Positions 55,218-64,000 of a stretch of 64,000 nt of DNA are shown here, piece by piece. The stretch's first letter is position 1; each line of letters begins with the position of its first letter. The position numbers were made by a program, and so were the translations under genes. The DNA is from an uncultured delta proteobacterium. GTDB lineage: Bacteria; Desulfobacterota; Binatia; Binatales; Binataceae. The notes under the pieces were generated by a model, which saw only the letters and a program-made list of their open reading frames with translations, had not been told where the DNA came from and searched no databases. The stretch is from positions 736,001 through 800,000 of the forward strand of contig CAVQEQ010000003.1 in the NCBI GenBank assembly GCA_963711565.1, given 5' to 3'.

Positions 55218-56421
55218 CTACGTCCCCGACGCTCTAACCGCAGCCCCTTGTGCAGCGCGCGGCGGGAACCAGAACCGCGCGACTTCCGTGGCGCGCACGG
55301 CGTCGTCGATCATCCGCGGGATATCGAAGCGCGATTCCGCCGCCTCGACTTCCTCGATTCGCGCGCGCGTCTCCGGATGCGCCGGCACGAAGAGCGTGCA
55401 GCAGTCCTGGTCGGGAATTATCGACGTCTCGAACGTGCCCAACCGGCGCGCCTGCTCGATAATCTCGTTCTTGTCCATCCCGACCAGCGGCCGCATCACC
55501 GGCAACGCCGCCGCCTTCTCGATCACCGCCATGTTTTCGAGCGTCTGCGACGCGACCTGCCCCAGGCTCTCGCCCGTCACCAGCACGGTGGCCTGCGAGC
55601 GTTCCGCGAGCGCGCTCGCGATTCGCAGCATGAAGCGCCGGTAAAGAATAACGCGCAGCGGGCGCAACGTGTTCGCGACGATTTCGCGCTGCAAGTTTCC
55701 GAACGGCGCCAGCATCAGCGTCGATCGCGCCTGCCATCGCGTCAGATGCGCCGCTAGCTCGGCCGCCTTCTCTTTGCTCGCCGCCGACACCAGCGGATGC
55801 GCGTGAAAATGTACGAAGTCCAGCCGCAGCCCGCGCCGCATCATGCGATACGCCGCGACTGGCGAGTCGATCCCGCCCGACAGCAGCGCCATCCCGCGCC
55901 CGGTAACTCCTACCGGCAGCCCGCCCGCACCCACTATCTTGCCAGGCCGAGACGTACGCGGCGTCGTTCATTATTTCGATCGAAATCGTCAGCTCGGGCG
56001 CGCTCAGATCCACTTCAAAGCCGAGCGCCTCCTGCACTTCGCCGCCGACCGCGCGATCGATCTCGACCGAATTCATCTCGAAGCGCTTGTCCTCGCGCCT
56101 GGTCCGCACCGCAAACGTGCGCGCCTTGCTTCCCGATGCGCGCTTGATCGCTTCGCGCGAGATCGATTGGATATCGCGCGGCGTCGAATAGCTGAGCGAG
56201 AAATTCTGCAGGCCGAAGATCAGCGCCGCGCGCTCGGCCGCGATCTCGTCGCTGAGCTCATCAGGGATTTGCACCATCAGGCGCGGCCCGACGCTGCGGA
56301 TGTTGCCCAGCCAGTAATCGCCGAACAGGTCGCGCAGATTTTGCTTGACCTGGTCGACGAATCGCCACTGATTGCGCCCCTTGAGCGCAATCTCGTGGTA
56401 CCTGCCAATGAGATATCGCAT
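55218..56421 (-). pseudogene. thiI: tRNA 4-thiouridine synthase ThiI with a frameshift near 55946 (possibly a sequencing error)
   Basis: RYHEIALKGRN and the THUMP domain are in one frame. GGLPVG, LLSGGIDSPVA, GESLGQVASQT and DCC are in another. Length 1204 nt. Confidence 0.9.
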
Positions 56422-56534
56422 GCTGTTCTCTTATCCCCTCTCGCTTTAAGGAAATCTTCGCATAACCCGGCCCGCAGTTCTCCCCCTCGCCCCAGCAGCG
56501 AGAGCCGCCGCGCCTGAGAGCAAAGTAGTGCGCT

Positions 56535-56598
56535 GCGCGCAACTTTGCGCTTCAACTGGGTGCAGGGGTCACCCCTGCCGCTCACCGCGCAGGCGATT
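56535..56598 (+). repeat. REP-like element, GCAGGGGTCACCCCTGC family (copy 2)
   Basis: Direct repeat of 55103-55167. Confidence 0.85.
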
Positions 56599-56655
56599 GC
56601 GTTGGATCATCCATCGCGCTTGCAAGATGCCCGCCGCGCGCGATTATCTGTAGCG

Positions 56656-57264
56656 ATGAGTGACGACGCCACCTTCAACCTTCAGGTCGAGACCATCCGG
56701 CGCAAGCTTTCCACCGTCACTCCTCCTCCGCGCGAGGCGCTCGCGAACAAGTCCAACGCCGCCGCCGTGCTGATACCGCTGTTTGAGCGCGGCGGAGAAC
56801 TTCACATCCTGTACATCCGCCGCTCCGACCACGTCGCCAGCCATCGCGGCCAGGTCGCCTTCCCCGGCGGCCGCGTTGACGCCGGCGATGCGACCCTGCT
56901 CGACGCCGCTCTGCGCGAGGCGCACGAAGAAGTCGGCATCCATCCTTCGACCGTCGAAGTGATCGGCGCCTTAGCCACGATGCAAACGACGACCAGCGGA
57001 ATCGTCGTCGCGCCGTTCGTCGGCGTCATCCCGTCCGACGCGCCGCTCAAGCCGCAGCCCTCCGAAGTCGCGCAAATCTTCGACGTACCGCTCACGGCGC
57101 TGCGCGACCCAAAGTTCCGCGGCGACTACGAATGGAAGAGCGAAGGCCCGGCGGCTCGCACGTCGAAGTTCCCGGCAATCCTCTACGCGGGCCAAACAAT
57201 CTGGGGCCTGACTCTCCGCATCACGCTCAATCTGCTTGAGCTGCTGGATCCGGCGAGATCCTGA
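56656..57264 (+). CDS. CoA pyrophosphatase (NudL/PCD1-type NUDIX)
   Basis: AAVLIPL, HRGQVAFPGG, AALREAHEEVGI and IWGLT motifs. Confidence 0.9.
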   Translation: MSDDATFNLQVETIRRKLSTVTPPPREALANKSNAAAVLIPLFERGGELHILYIRRSDHVASHRGQVAFPGGRVDAGDATLLDAALREAHEEVGIHPSTVEVIGALATMQTTTSGIVVAPFVGVIPSDAPLKPQPSEVAQIFDVPLTALRDPKFRGDYEWKSEGPAARTSKFPAILYAGQTIWGLTLRITLNLLELLDPARS

Positions 57265-57302
57265 AAATACGGAAAGCTCCCTCTTTTTCTTCGAACTCTG
57301 CT

Positions 57303-57325
57303 TGTAATTACACTAACGATGTAAT
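57303..57325. promoter_or_regulatory. Putative TetR operator
   Basis: Palindrome TGTAATTACA overlapping the inverted repeat ATTACA-N7-TGTAAT, 15 nt before the tetR ATG. Confidence 0.55.
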
Positions 57326-57340
57326 AACTTTCGCCGCCTG

Positions 57341-57934
57341 ATGCCGCAACTTGCTCCTCTCGACGGACGCCTCGCCCGCTCGGCTCGCACACGCCATGCC
57401 GTGGTTGATGCGCTCCTCGATCTCCTCGGCGACGGCGACCTGCGCCCGACCGCTGCGCGAATCGCCGAACGCGCCGGCGTCTCGTTGCGGCTCGTGTTCC
57501 ATCACTTCGACAACGTCGAGACGATCTACAACGAACTCGCCGACCGCCAGGCCGAGCGCGTCAAGCCGCTCACCGTGCCGATTTCAGTCACGCTACCCTT
57601 TGCGCGCCGCGTCGCGGAATTCTCCACGCAGCGCGGCCGCCTGCTTGAGACGCTATCGCCGGTGCGCCGCGCCGCCGTGTTGATGGAACCGTTTCGTCCT
57701 GCTTTAGCCAAACGCCTCAAGAATGCGCGCGATCTGATGCGCGCAGCCGCGATTGCCGCATTCGCGCCCGAGCTCTCGAAGCTCACCGCCGATCCAAGGC
57801 GCGCGACCATCGCGGCGCTCAACGTCGCCACATCGTGGGTCGCGTGGGAGCAGATGCGGCGGCATCAGGGACTTTCCGAGACCGAAGCGCGCGGCGTGAT
57901 CGCGACTACTATCCGCGCGCTGCTGACAACGTGA
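57341..57934 (+). CDS. TetR/AcrR family regulator
   Basis: DGR..R..RTR and HTH IAERAGVSLRLVFHHF. Confidence 0.9.
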   Translation: MPQLAPLDGRLARSARTRHAVVDALLDLLGDGDLRPTAARIAERAGVSLRLVFHHFDNVETIYNELADRQAERVKPLTVPISVTLPFARRVAEFSTQRGRLLETLSPVRRAAVLMEPFRPALAKRLKNARDLMRAAAIAAFAPELSKLTADPRRATIAALNVATSWVAWEQMRRHQGLSETEARGVIATTIRALLTT

Positions 57935-57967
57935 AACGATAGAATCCGCAAACGGGAGCTGAAGCTA

Positions 57968-59545
57968 ATGGGACGCAATATCCTTTTCATCACCACCGAT
58001 CAGCAGCGCTACGACGCGCTCGGATGCAACGGCGGTACAATCGCGCAGACCCCGGTCGCCGATCGGCTCGCCGCCAATGGAATCAACTATCGCCGCGCGC
58101 ACAATCAGAATGTCGTCTGCATGCCCGCGCGCTCGACCATGATCACCGGCCAGCACGTGCGCACTCACGGCGTCGTCGCCAACGGCGTCGCGCTGCCGCC
58201 CGACTCGCCGAGCGTCGCCGCCTATCTCCACGAGAAGGCCGGCTACCGCACCGCGCTGCTCGGCAAGGCGCATTTCGAGCCCGCGTTCGATTTGCAGGGG
58301 CGATGGTTCGAGAACCAGATGGCGCGCAAGGACTCGACCGGTCCGTATCGCGGCTTCGATCGGATGGAACTCGCGATGCACTCGCCGGTCGGCGGCTGGC
58401 ACTACTCGCTGTGGCTGCAGAAAAACCATCCCGACGAGATTGCCGGCTTCGCGCCGATTCTGAGCGCGATGCCGGGCGGCGACACCGGCGCGCCCGAAGT
58501 GAAGTACAATCCCATTCCGCGTGAGCATTACCACACCGACTGGGTGGCCGCGCGCACGATCGCGTATCTCGATTCGCTCGATCCCGACGACAACTGGTTC
58601 GTCTGGATGAGCTTCCCCGACCCGCACCATCCGTGGGATCCGCCGCAGGACGAGGCGCGCCGAATCAACTGGCGCGATCTCGATCTGCCCGCCGGCTACC
58701 CCGGCTCGCGCGAGAAGATCGAAAAGATTCTCGCCGGCAAACCGCGCCATTGGCTCGATTGGTACGAAGGCCGCTTCGGCAACTTCGAGGGCGGCCCCGG
58801 CACCTTCGTCCCGTGCAAGCTCACCGAGGATCAGATTCGCGAAGTCAACGCGCTCACTCACGTCGAGAACGAACTGATCGACCAGGCATGCGGCCGCGTA
58901 CTCACGCGCATCGCGGAGCGCGGATGGGAGTCGCGCACCGACGTGATCTACACCACCGACCACGGCGAGCTGCAAGGCGACTTCGGCCTGCTCTACAAGG
59001 GCCCGTATCACGTCAACGCGCTGATGCGGCTGCCGATGATCTGGCGCCCCGCACCCTCGGCCAACGTCACGCCGAGCGAAGTTTCGGAGCCCGTCGGGCA
59101 ACTCGATCTCGCGCCGACGTTCTGCCAAATCGCCGGCGTCCCGGTTCCCGACTGGATGCAGGGCAAGCCGCTGCCGGTCGCGCCCGGCTCCGGCCGCGAG
59201 CGCGTGATCACGGAATGGGACAGCCAGTTCGCCGCGATCGGGATGCATCTGCGGAGCATCTACCGCGACGGCTACACGCTGACGGTGTACGAGAAATCGA
59301 CGCGCAACGTCGGCTTCGACCTCGCCAATATTCCGCCGATGCTCGCGCCGCGCGGCGGGATTTTCGACATCCGCTACGACGGCACCGAAGGCGAGTTCTA
59401 CAACCTGCGCGAAGACCCGATGCAATGGCGCAATCTGTGGAACGATCCCGCCTACGCAAAACTGAAGTCCGACCTGCGCGCCGATTTGTACGACAACCTC
59501 CCGCCCGAGCGTAACCCCAAGCTGCCGGTCGAGGCTCCGGCGTGA
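57968..59545 (+). CDS. Sulfatase (formylglycine-dependent)
   Basis: NILFITTDQ, CMPARS (CxPxR), GKAH, PDPHHP, TDHGE and DLAPT motifs. Confidence 0.93.
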   Translation: MGRNILFITTDQQRYDALGCNGGTIAQTPVADRLAANGINYRRAHNQNVVCMPARSTMITGQHVRTHGVVANGVALPPDSPSVAAYLHEKAGYRTALLGKAHFEPAFDLQGRWFENQMARKDSTGPYRGFDRMELAMHSPVGGWHYSLWLQKNHPDEIAGFAPILSAMPGGDTGAPEVKYNPIPREHYHTDWVAARTIAYLDSLDPDDNWFVWMSFPDPHHPWDPPQDEARRINWRDLDLPAGYPGSREKIEKILAGKPRHWLDWYEGRFGNFEGGPGTFVPCKLTEDQIREVNALTHVENELIDQACGRVLTRIAERGWESRTDVIYTTDHGELQGDFGLLYKGPYHVNALMRLPMIWRPAPSANVTPSEVSEPVGQLDLAPTFCQIAGVPVPDWMQGKPLPVAPGSGRERVITEWDSQFAAIGMHLRSIYRDGYTLTVYEKSTRNVGFDLANIPPMLAPRGGIFDIRYDGTEGEFYNLREDPMQWRNLWNDPAYAKLKSDLRADLYDNLPPERNPKLPVEAPA

Positions 59546-59574
59546 GCGGGGGAAGGGTAAATCATTTGATTGAA

Positions 59575-60010
59575 TTTGAAACCCACGTTGGGTTTCAAAC
59601 TTCCTTCGGCAGGGGTGACCCCTGCACCCAGTGACGAAGAAAAGATGCGGGACTTCGTCCCTGTTTGGAGGTTTTTTTGTGTCATCCTGAGCGCAGCGAA
59701 GGATCTCGCGCGCAAGCGCGTTCGCTTCTTCTTACCTCGCCCGTTATTTTCACGGGAGAGGAGGCCGGCGGGCGTAGCCGCCGGTAGGCGAGGGTTCTGC
59801 GATCGCACCACAAAAGCCGGTCTGCTCGCTCTTTGTGTCATTCTAGAGCGAAGCGAAGAATCCCGGGTCCTTCTTTACCTCTCCCTTCGGAGAGCTTTGC
59901 GTAACTTCGGCGGACACGCCCAGGCAGAAACCAGAATCTTGAATCGCGCGCAAAAGAGCGCCCTGAATAAGGACCCTCACCTTCGATCCTCTCCATTCTG
60001 GGAGAGGGGA
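59575..60010. repeat. Intergenic mosaic of several palindromic repeat families
   Basis: Hairpin TTTGAAACCCACGTTGGGTTTCAAA (59575-59599); reverse copy of the GCAGGGGTCACCCCTGC element (59607-59633); GTCATCCTGAGCGCAGCGAAGGATCT (~59681-59706) with a variant at ~59837-59863; CCTCGCCCG..CGGGAGAGG (59731-59800); CCTCTCC..GGAGAGG (~59988-60008). Confidence 0.8.
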
Positions 60011-60067
60011 ATATGCATGGCCCAGTTATGCAAAGGTCTCCGAAAGGAGAGGTAGGAGAGATTACAC

Positions 60068-61087
60068 ATGACACCATTGAAGTTGGTTGGCGGGTTCGGG
60101 TCGCCCTACTCGCGGAAGATGCGGGCGGTGTTGCGCTTTAGGCGCATCCCGTTCACCTGGATTATGCGCGGGTCGGCTGAGGATGTTGCTATCCCCGACG
60201 TTCCAGTCGCGCTGATACCGGTGCTCGTCTTCGAGAACAACGAGGCGATGATCGACTCGACCTTTCAAATTAAGCGGCTCGAGAAGATGTTTGCCGCGCG
60301 ATCGATCATTCCGCGCGATCCCGCGATCGCGTTTCTCGACGCGATCCTCGAAGACTATGCCGACGAATGGCTGACCAAGCCGATGTTCCATTACCGATGG
60401 AAGTACGCCGCTGACATTCACAAGGCGTCGCATGTGCTCGCACTCGATCGCAATCCGCTTATGAGCCGCGACACGCTGGCAAAGATGTCGAGCTACATTG
60501 CCGAGCGCCAAATCGAACGGCTGCGCGTCGTCGGCTCCAACGACGTGACGACGCCCGTCATCGAGGCGAGTTACCGGCGCATCCTCGGCCTGCTCGATTC
60601 GCATCTCGTCGGCGGGAATCGATTCCTCATGGGCGCGCGGCCGGGAGCCGGCGACTTCGGCTTCTTCGGCCAGTTGAGCCAGCTCGCGCATTTCGATCCC
60701 ACGCCCGCCGCGATCGCCGCCGCCGAGACTCCGCGCGTCGTCTCATGGGTCTCGCATCTCGACGATCTCTCGTCGCTCGAGGTTGACGACACGCCGTGGC
60801 CGTCGCGCGACGACGCCGCCGCATCGCTGCGCCCGTTCCTGGTCGAAGTCGGCCGCGTCTATGCGCCCTTCCTGATCGCTAACGCGCGCGCACTCGCTAG
60901 TCGCGCGACTGAAGTGCGATGCGAGATCGACGGCCTGCCGTGGGTGCAGCAGCCCTTCCCTTACCAGGGCAAGTGCTTGAGATGGTTACGCGAAGCTCGC
61001 GAGGCGCTGAGCGCCGCCGATCGTGAATATGCGGATGCGGCGCTGAAATCCACCGGCGCCGACTCTATCTTCAGCGCGCCCATCTGA
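60068..61087 (+). CDS. Glutathione S-transferase family protein
   Basis: GSPYSRKMRA, IPVL, DST, EDYADEW and FLMGARP..GDF motifs. Confidence 0.88.
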   Translation: MTPLKLVGGFGSPYSRKMRAVLRFRRIPFTWIMRGSAEDVAIPDVPVALIPVLVFENNEAMIDSTFQIKRLEKMFAARSIIPRDPAIAFLDAILEDYADEWLTKPMFHYRWKYAADIHKASHVLALDRNPLMSRDTLAKMSSYIAERQIERLRVVGSNDVTTPVIEASYRRILGLLDSHLVGGNRFLMGARPGAGDFGFFGQLSQLAHFDPTPAAIAAAETPRVVSWVSHLDDLSSLEVDDTPWPSRDDAAASLRPFLVEVGRVYAPFLIANARALASRATEVRCEIDGLPWVQQPFPYQGKCLRWLREAREALSAADREYADAALKSTGADSIFSAPI

Positions 61088-61118
61088 GAGCGCTTGTACT
61101 CGCGGCCTGCAAGTTCTA

Positions 61119-61147
61119 TTGACCTGCACTGGATGCGTCCATAACTT
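61119..61147 (+). promoter_or_regulatory. Sigma70 promoter giving a leaderless transcript
   Basis: TTGACC-N17-TAACTT, then 7 nt to GTG 61155. Confidence 0.5.
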
Positions 61148-61154
61148 CGATCTC

Positions 61155-61544
61155 GTGAGGCGCAAGATCGAGCATACGTCGGCGTCGCCGGACGATACGC
61201 CATCTCGATTGCAAGCATTGGTCGCGGTGATGCTGCTGTTCACGCTTGCGCTCGGCCTGCACGTTCAACTCGCCAGGTACGACAATCTCTCCACGTTCCC
61301 AACCAGGCATATCCTGCACGGTGACCTCCGACCTGACAGTGGCACGTCGAGCGGAATCTTCACCGATATCCACGACGCGGTCGCTCTCGTATTCGCCGCA
61401 GGTCTGCTGCCGCGCAGCAATGCGGCTCCCAGGCGGTTCTCGGGCTCCGTTGCGCCGTCCGCCGAGCCTGTCGAGCGCGAATTTTTGAACTATCTCGCTC
61501 TCTTCGTGCGTCCGCCTCCTGTGCTTTTCGCAGCGAGCTGTTAG
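61155..61544 (+). CDS. Candidate leader/arrest peptide with signal-like segment and C-terminal RPPP
   Basis: Hydrophobic LQALVAVMLLFTLALGL and the tail LALFVRPPPVLFAASC; directly upstream of the MgtC/DUF4010 gene. Confidence 0.6.
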   Translation: MRRKIEHTSASPDDTPSRLQALVAVMLLFTLALGLHVQLARYDNLSTFPTRHILHGDLRPDSGTSSGIFTDIHDAVALVFAAGLLPRSNAAPRRFSGSVAPSAEPVEREFLNYLALFVRPPPVLFAASC

Positions 61545-61647
61545 TCGAAGCCGACCGGCCGCCTTCGCGAAACCGATGCTTGTCGGCTCGCGATTGGCGT
61601 GTTCCCTATTCGCAAGCAGAAAAGAGAGAGCAAGGAAATCGAAAGAA

Positions 61648-63030
61648 GTGTTTTCAGCATCAGTCGCGCCATTCGCTTACGTTGACGCCGCGTCGAAGAT
61701 TGCGCTCGCAGTCGCCGTGGGCCTGCTCGTTGGGCTGGAGCGGGAGTGGGCGCAGAAGGCGGTCGGCGTCCGCACCTTCGCGATCATCGCGCTGCTCGGG
61801 ACGCTGACTTACCTGGTCGCTCCGCAGCTCGAGATCGCGGCCCTATGCGGAACCTTCCTGCTCGTCATCCTGTTGAACGTCCATCACCTGCTGAAGAGCT
61901 GGCAGTTCCCGACCGCGGATACATCCGCACCCGCAAAAGTCGCGCGCGAGTCCGCGTACGCGATCGATCGCGATGCCCCGCTTGAAATAACCACCTCCGC
62001 CGCGCTGCTGGTGACGCTGATGCTCGGGGCGCTGATCGGACAAGGGCATTACTTCACCGCGATCACGTCGGCGATCGTGATGACGATGCTGCTGGCATGG
62101 AAAGAAGGCCTGTCGCGCTTCGCCGGCGGATTGCAGCCTGAAGAGATACGCAGCGCCGTGCTGCTGGGCCTGCTCACTTTCGTCATCTACCCGTTGCTGC
62201 CGGACAGATTTATCGATCCGATGGATCTGCTGAATCCGAGGCAGTCGTGGCTGATCGTCGTCGTCATCGCGGGACTTGGTTTCGCCAACTACGTGATGCT
62301 GCGGTTTTACGGAACCCGCGGCACCTATTACGCGGCCTTTCTTGGCGGACTGGTCAACAGCACGGCGGCGGCGACCGAGCTTTCCGGTCTCTTCAGAGGA
62401 GTGAACAACTCCTCACTCGCCGTCGCGGTGGTGATGGTGACGAGCGTCGCGATGTTTCTCCGCAACCTGGTGATCCTCGCGATCTTCGCTCCCGCCGCGG
62501 TCGGCACCGCCCTGTTCCCGCTGCTCGCGATGACGATCGCCGCGCTGTGCGCCGTCTGGGTGCATCGCGACCGTGACGGCGCCAGCGTGTCGCCACTCTC
62601 GCTGTCCTCGCCGGTGTCGATGCCTCATGTACTCAAGTTCGCCGCATTATTCGTGACGATCGCCGCGGCCGGCACGCTCGCGGAGCGATACTTCGGTACG
62701 CTCGGATTTCTGGCGCTCAGCGTCCTCGGCGGGTTGGTGAGCAGCGCGAGCACTACCGCCACCGCGGCCACGCTCGTCGCCGCCGGAAGAATCACGCCAG
62801 ACAGCGCCGGGATCGCGGTCGTGCTCACGTCGATGGCAAGCGCGGTCGTCGATATGCCGATCGTTTACCGGCAGATTCGCGACAACGCCGTCTTCTACCG
62901 GCTGGCTGGAGTATCGGTGCTGGTCCTGATAATCGGGCTCGGCGTGATGACGCTGGGACAATCGGAGAGTCACGAAATCCAACGCCTCACCCTGCAAACG
63001 ATTCAAAGCCTGCGGGCACCCGCCCAATAG
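61648..63030 (+). CDS. MgtC/SapB-DUF4010 family membrane protein
   Basis: GLLVGLERE, GVRTF, ITTSAAL, P.LPD, GGLVNSTA and MFLRN motifs. Start GTG 61648 (ORF track gives 61576). Confidence 0.88.
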   Translation: MFSASVAPFAYVDAASKIALAVAVGLLVGLEREWAQKAVGVRTFAIIALLGTLTYLVAPQLEIAALCGTFLLVILLNVHHLLKSWQFPTADTSAPAKVARESAYAIDRDAPLEITTSAALLVTLMLGALIGQGHYFTAITSAIVMTMLLAWKEGLSRFAGGLQPEEIRSAVLLGLLTFVIYPLLPDRFIDPMDLLNPRQSWLIVVVIAGLGFANYVMLRFYGTRGTYYAAFLGGLVNSTAAATELSGLFRGVNNSSLAVAVVMVTSVAMFLRNLVILAIFAPAAVGTALFPLLAMTIAALCAVWVHRDRDGASVSPLSLSSPVSMPHVLKFAALFVTIAAAGTLAERYFGTLGFLALSVLGGLVSSASTTATAATLVAAGRITPDSAGIAVVLTSMASAVVDMPIVYRQIRDNAVFYRLAGVSVLVLIIGLGVMTLGQSESHEIQRLTLQTIQSLRAPAQ

Positions 63031-63119
63031 AGCCCGGGTCACGTTCCAGCTTGATCAAACTTGCGTGACTGTGTAGCTGTACGCGCGTGAGTCAAGAAAT
63101 CCCACTCGGAGCCAAGTCG

Positions 63120-63632
63120 ATGAGCAAGCCGCATCGCGACTCAAGAACAATTCTCGTAATTGCCGTTTTGATTCTCGCCATCGGCGGCGCAGCATCGTTG
63201 GCGCGCGCCGGCGCCGAGGCGGCGCTGATGAACCAGGTCAACGCCGCACTGCGCAGCAACGGCCAACTCAACGGCGCCAAGGCTTACACGGCGGCGGAGG
63301 GCGTGGTCGTACTTTACGGGATGGTCTTCGACGAAAAGGATCGGGTGCTGGCCGAGCAGGTTGCAAATGGAGTGCCCGGCGTCAACTCGGTCGTCGATAA
63401 CCTGCGGACCAAGACCGGCAAATGGCACGAGGAAGAAGAGCGTATCCAGCTGCAAATCCAGAGCAACGGCTTCAATGACGTGCAGGTGCGAGTGGTAGGA
63501 CCTTACGTTTACCTCTCGGGACAGGTCGTCGGCGAGGGCGAGAAGCAGCGCGCGGCCAGTGTGGTTGCGTCGGTCGCGCCGAACAAGCAAATCAACAACA
63601 TGATCTGGGCCCAGCCCCCTCCGATGTTCTAA
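63120..63632 (+). CDS. Double-BON domain periplasmic protein (OsmY-like)
   Basis: Signal peptide, GVVVLYG...VPGVNSVVDNL and a second repeat VYLSGQV...INNM. Confidence 0.85.
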   Translation: MSKPHRDSRTILVIAVLILAIGGAASLARAGAEAALMNQVNAALRSNGQLNGAKAYTAAEGVVVLYGMVFDEKDRVLAEQVANGVPGVNSVVDNLRTKTGKWHEEEERIQLQIQSNGFNDVQVRVVGPYVYLSGQVVGEGEKQRAASVVASVAPNKQINNMIWAQPPPMF

Positions 63633-63638
63633 GCGAGT

Positions 63639-64000
63639 TCAGGGACTGACGAGCATCTCGAAGTACGATACGTCGATCAGATCGGCCGGTACCACTCCGA
63701 GCGCCGCGAGGATTTCATTGACGGCGCCGCGGCTGCGTTCGGGATCGTCGCCGTCGGCGATCACCGCCTCGATCTCGCCGTAGTCACCGAGGCGCGCGAC
63801 CTGGTCGAGATGCAGCCGCACGTTGTCGCGCATCATCAGCACTCGCGTCTTTTCAACTACCGCAATTGGGCCGAGCGCATTGGCGAGAATTCGCATTGTC
63901 CCGATCGGATCGCCAACCTTGACGATGTCGTAGCTGCTCAGCATCAGCGGGCCGCTCTCGTCGCGATGGTAGAAGATGAGAACACTGCTGCCGTTTTCCT
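63639..64000 (-). CDS. CYTH / class IV adenylate cyclase family, 5'-truncated by the window edge
   Basis: LIFYHR, VEKTR, VRLHLDQVARLGDYGEIEAV and the SY C-terminus. Confidence 0.85.
   Translation of the reverse strand, partial: ENGSSVLIFYHRDESGPLMLSSYDIVKVGDPIGTMRILANALGPIAVVEKTRVLMMRDNVRLHLDQVARLGDYGEIEAVIADGDDPERSRGAVNEILAALGVVPADLIDVSYFEMLVSP

Noticed and set aside
55934-55950. Programmed frameshifting in thiI or the other split genes
   Set aside because: No slippery heptamer or stimulatory structure is evident; error or mutation is simpler.
59570-60055. 161-aa ORF in the repeat mosaic
   Set aside because: It is a read-through of palindromic repeats (e.g. VILSAAKDL) with no RBS or protein-like composition.
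59550-60060. Possible CRISPR array
   Set aside because: The repeats are heterogeneous and irregularly spaced, and no cas genes are present. Treated as REP-like.
61119-61154. CxxC (CTGC) at the N-terminus of the ORF-track version of the leader
   Set aside because: The TTG 'start' coincides with the -35 box, so this stretch is probably promoter and not translated.

Overview
GC-rich chromosomal window from a diderm, LPS-producing bacterium. The gene order is deltaproteobacterial-like; Ca. Binatota-like is my inference, not a database result. The housekeeping backbone is yicC-gmk-rel-ridA, a long minus-strand envelope cluster (lolC/E-lolD-bamA-skp-fabZ-lpxA-lpxI-Gfo/Idh/MocA ... lpxB-msbA-waaA-lpxK-Trm112-GT87-Kdo-kinase-like), an orphan gspD, menA, CoA-transferases, slt, maf-yggS-proC-yggT-yggU, hydantoinase/oxoprolinase A/B, thiI, TetR-sulfatase, GST, MgtC/DUF4010, BON and CYTH. 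The main accessory feature is a ~10 kb block (12.6-22.6 kb) that splits the lipid A cluster. It carries a tightly coupled minus-strand copper-handling operon: DUF2318 Fe-S protein, a PDPPPP-tailed leader-like ORF, the scar of a deleted outer-membrane receptor, two SCO proteins, two PCYCGC-family proteins, a stand-alone CoxII-like cupredoxin whose CuA loop is rewritten (CDSGCGCDTVCM instead of CxExCGxxHxxM), rhodanese, MauE/DoxX, a His1 beta-barrel, CopC and CopD. Other signals are a second candidate arrest peptide (RPPP) ahead of MgtC/DUF4010, an apparent AUA start for lpxA, a sigma54-driven Cys-repeat secreted protein, three REP-like palindrome families and four 1-2 nt frameshifts that may be consensus errors. 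I saw no rRNA, tRNA, CRISPR array, integrase or transposase.
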